A stretch of DNA of 63,943 nt, counting the filler, from Folioceros fuciformis (lineage: Eukaryota), in assembly GCA_049999805.1 (NCBI GenBank). It is 5 parts of 3 records of this genome, joined end to end, with 100 filler letters (N's around TTAATTAATTAA, not from the genome) between each part and the next. Parts side by side here need not be neighbours in the genome. Positions count along the whole stretch, not along the records: positions 41,110 to 62,226 come from JBNGIO010006184.1; positions 62,327 to 63,943 come from JBNGIO010006213.1; 3 more parts are not named here. One strand, 5' to 3'. Numbering within the stretch: the first letter of the stretch is position 1; each line of letters starts with the position of its first letter. Below the pieces are notes generated by a model. That model searched no databases, was not told the origin of the DNA, and worked only from the letters and a program-made list of their open reading frames with translations. A program made the position numbers and the translations under genes. This document shows, one piece after another, positions 61,021 to 63,943 of the stretch.

Positions 61021-61174
61021 TGCTAGAAGAAAAGATGCTAGTGCACAAGTTGCATAAAATGACAATTAATTAAACTCAACCAAAAAAAAGGTATTATATA
61101 CAAAGTGTCTTTTCATAACTATGGTTAATTAACCCTAAGGTAGGTTATACTAAAATAACCCCTTATTATTAACA
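61021..61174 (-). repeat. 5' LTR of the full-length copia
   Basis: Directly abuts the iMet PBS; matches 54697-54850. Confidence 0.95.
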
Positions 61175-62326
61175 CCAATAGACTTGCCTTGTCAAGGAAA
61201 GCAATTTGGTATAAAAATTAACAGCAACTAACCTATAACGCAGGCAATATGTGCCCTAAACTTTAAGGTTGAAATCCCCAAACTTGCAGGGTGAGCGTTG
61301 TTGTAGCTGCCACACTGCTGCGGCTGGCAAGATGTGGTGACGCTGCCCTGCTATAGGTGCGTGGATGCCTCCTCCAAGCTTAGCCGCACTCGGATCTTGC
61401 ATGCAATTGTTGAAGTGACAAGCAACGATGCTCACTTGCACCTTGCTGATTTTTCGAAAGAGCTGCTTGCATCAAGCAGCTATGAGTTAGGTAAGTCATG
61501 CACATAGCTCCACATGCACTACCTATCCCCATCTTGAGCACATCGATTGACAACACAACGAGATTTCTTTGACAAGAATAGGGTTCAGACAAAAGGTGTG
61601 TGTAAGAGTAGCTCTCCTTGTGCGAGACTTCAACAATTGCCCCTACAGCTACCATCTCCTGGTTTTCTTCGTCGCTATTGCCATCAGAAGCGCTACCTAC
61701 CCAAGTTGTCTTCTTCATGATCACAACCACTTCTCACACCAGCTGCATCTGTTTCCCCATGAGATGCAATTGGGCCTTCTATTTGCATTGGCAGTTGGGT
61801 GGTAAATGACCTAATGAACTAGCATTAAGGCTGGTATTTCTAGATGGATCTAACTGGCCTATATAACTAATATTAAAACTAGTATTTCTATGCTGTAATC
61901 ATTGTAGTGGTTTCTTAAATAACTTAGCATATGTAAATAACAACTCTAGTTACCCTCACATCAAGCTTACATGCATTGTAGTAGCCTGTCGCATACCAAT
62001 CAAGTGTGGTATTATAACACCTATGTGTAACATGATCTATGACAACTCATCACTTCATGTAGCCCATGTTTGCAATAGTGAAATGTGGTATTGTTGTAGG
62101 TACCATAACATATAGTTAAAATTGGTTTGCAATTATAATATGCAAGTGGTGGTTTAGTATTTAGGGTTTAAGGCCGAGCCTTAAGGTTTAGACTCACATG
62201 CACATAAGCACAATTTTCATGAGGATNNNNNNNNNNNNNNNNNNNNNNNNNNNNNNNNNNNNNNNNNNNNTTAATTAATTAANNNNNNNNNNNNNNNNNN
62301 NNNNNNNNNNNNNNNNNNNNNNNNNN

Positions 62327-63943
62327 ATCCATGGAGTCCCAGCTGCTGCCCGCTACCATTGCCACTGCTCAGCTCGTGCTCTACATACTGATCTGACTGA
62401 AATCCAGCATAATCAGAATGAAGACTCGAAGTGGGAAGCAGTATGAAAGCGGGAACAGGGGTAACGCCGAGAGAAGGGCTCCCAAGGCGGGACCCCAATT
62501 GCTCTCTTGCTGCAGCCGGGGTGAGACCAGCCATGAAGAATGGGGAGAGAGCTTTTGCGTTGGGCAGCGCCTGCAGATTGGTGATTGTCGGATCACTATC
62601 AACCTATCTGTGGAGCGGAGAGGTGCTCTCCCTACAGTTGACAACACCGACCCAGACACCCTGCGTGAGCTAGAGAGTAGAGCTGACCTGATCGGGCTGC
62701 TGGAGGACACTGCTAGACTGACTAAGACTTTGAAGGAAGGCCATGGAGCTGATGGCTAGGCTGTTGGTTGTCGGCAACCAGGTGATTTGGTATGCAATTG
62801 GCTTCATCCACCTGTTGCGGACTTGCTTGGGTTACAGTAATTACACTCACACACACGCTTCTGACGTGCAGATATCTGGCTGCCAGGGGAGTGAGGGTAG
62901 GTGACTGACTGTCATAGGTGTCTCCACAAGACAGGCTTATGGAAGACGCCTGTGATTGAAGGATGGATCCTGCCTTCCCCAACCCACCAGATAAGTTCTG
63001 CTCATTTCTCGATATGTGCTGTGAAATTACCAATCCCCAACCCCTTCATGTGCTGGTGATGCTTATACTTTGGCAGGGCCTTTGTCAGAATGTCGGCAGT
63101 ATTGTCGTCTGTCCCAATAAAACCTACCCTTGTTACACCTCTGTCCACAGCATCTCGTATATAGTGGTGTTGAATTTCGATATGTTTAGTCCTAGCGTGG
63201 AAGCGTGGATTTGCGACCAGGGCCAGAGCAGACATGTTGTCACACGAAATCAGGGTTGGCTCAATCTGCTCCTGTCCGAGATCATGTAAGAACCTCCTCT
63301 CCCACTCTGCCTCCTTTGTTGCTTCGGTTAGAGACTTGTACTCTGCCTCGGTAGATGAGAGTGATATCGATGTCTGTTTTTTGCTGCTCCAGTTGACAGC
63401 TGCAGAGGCTAACAAGAAACAATATGTGGATAGGCTTTTGCGGGAGTCCGAGTCTGATTGCCCAATCAGCATCCGTGAATCCCGACAAGACAAGTTTATC
63501 CTGCCTGCTGCTCTTGTATATCAGCCCATAATACATGGTGCCTTTGAGGTACCTGAACACCCTTTTTACTGCTACCCAGTGTATTCTGCCTGGATTTTCT
63601 AGGAATTGGGAAACCATACTTACAGCATACTGTACATCAGGTCTAGTCCAATTCGCAACAAATATCAGGCTTCCTACAGCATGCCTGTATGGAACCCCTT
63701 CCACATCCTTTTTGTCTTGGGCTGATTGGGGGCACATCAGACTAGTAAGTTTAACTCCTACTGCTGCGGGGGTAGTAGCAGGTCGACAATCCTCTAGCTT
63801 AAACTTTCTGAGTATCTCATTTATATACTTAAGCTGGTGGATTATCATCAGCCTATCAGGTCTGTTTCGGATAATCTGAATTCCCAAGCAGAATCTAAGG
63901 GCTCCAATGTCTTTCATTTCAAATCTGCTGCTCAGCATAGCTT
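62327..63943 (-). mobile_element. Ty1/copia RT-RNaseH and 3' region; continues beyond the window
   Basis: FEMKDIG, YRHAVGSL, TRPD, HW.AVKRVFRYLKGT, FTDADW (frameshift near 63465), WSSKKQ, LSSTEAEY, RTKHIEI, ADILTKAL. Confidence 0.92.
62418..62759 (+). CDS. Antisense accessory ORF (MKTRSGK family, 113 aa) downstream of copia RNaseH
   Basis: Intact ATG-to-stop ORF, homologous to 15607-15930, preceded by CTGAC...CAG intron-like signals. Confidence 0.6.
   Translation: MKTRSGKQYESGNRGNAERRAPKAGPQLLSCCSRGETSHEEWGESFCVGQRLQIGDCRITINLSVERRGALPTVDNTDPDTLRELESRADLIGLLEDTARLTKTLKEGHGADG

Larger units (their letters stand above)
54697..61174 (-). mobile_element. Full-length Ty1/copia LTR retrotransposon with 154-bp LTRs and CCAAT TSD
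   Basis: LTRs 54697-54850 and 61021-61174 (1 mismatch by eye), TSD CCAAT at 54692-54696 and 61175-61179, PBS 61009-61020, PPT 54851-54860; internal 100-N gap. Confidence 0.97.

Overview
Eukaryotic plant nuclear scaffold with two contrasting halves. Short introns (mostly 70-120 bp), tight gene packing and PLS-class PPR features suggest a seed-free land plant, probably a hornwort; this is inference. The first half (~1.8-33.4 kb) is gene-dense. It encodes a fungal/bacterial-type DOPA 4,5-dioxygenase-family protein, an ankyrin protein, a malectin-domain kinesin-14, a malectin-like LRR receptor kinase, NDUFAF5, LHCB, plastid RPS10, an internally deleted CNX1 E-domain paralog, RPN3 and a PLS-E+ PPR protein, plus a CRE-like non-LTR relic. 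The second half (~34-64 kb) is a nest of Ty1/copia and Ty3/gypsy elements, including one full-length copia with 154-bp LTRs and a CCAAT target-site duplication (TSD). The main finding is two diverged, decayed copies of a gypsy-like element carrying a C5 DNA cytosine methyltransferase directly after the aspartic protease. Several copia elements also carry accessory ORFs: a 5' coiled-coil ORF, a conserved 3' antisense MKTRSGK ORF family, and an antisense ORF starting with the histone-H3-like sequence MARTKQ. Seven N gaps, four with an artificial TTAATTAATTAA spacer, limit conclusions about adjacency.
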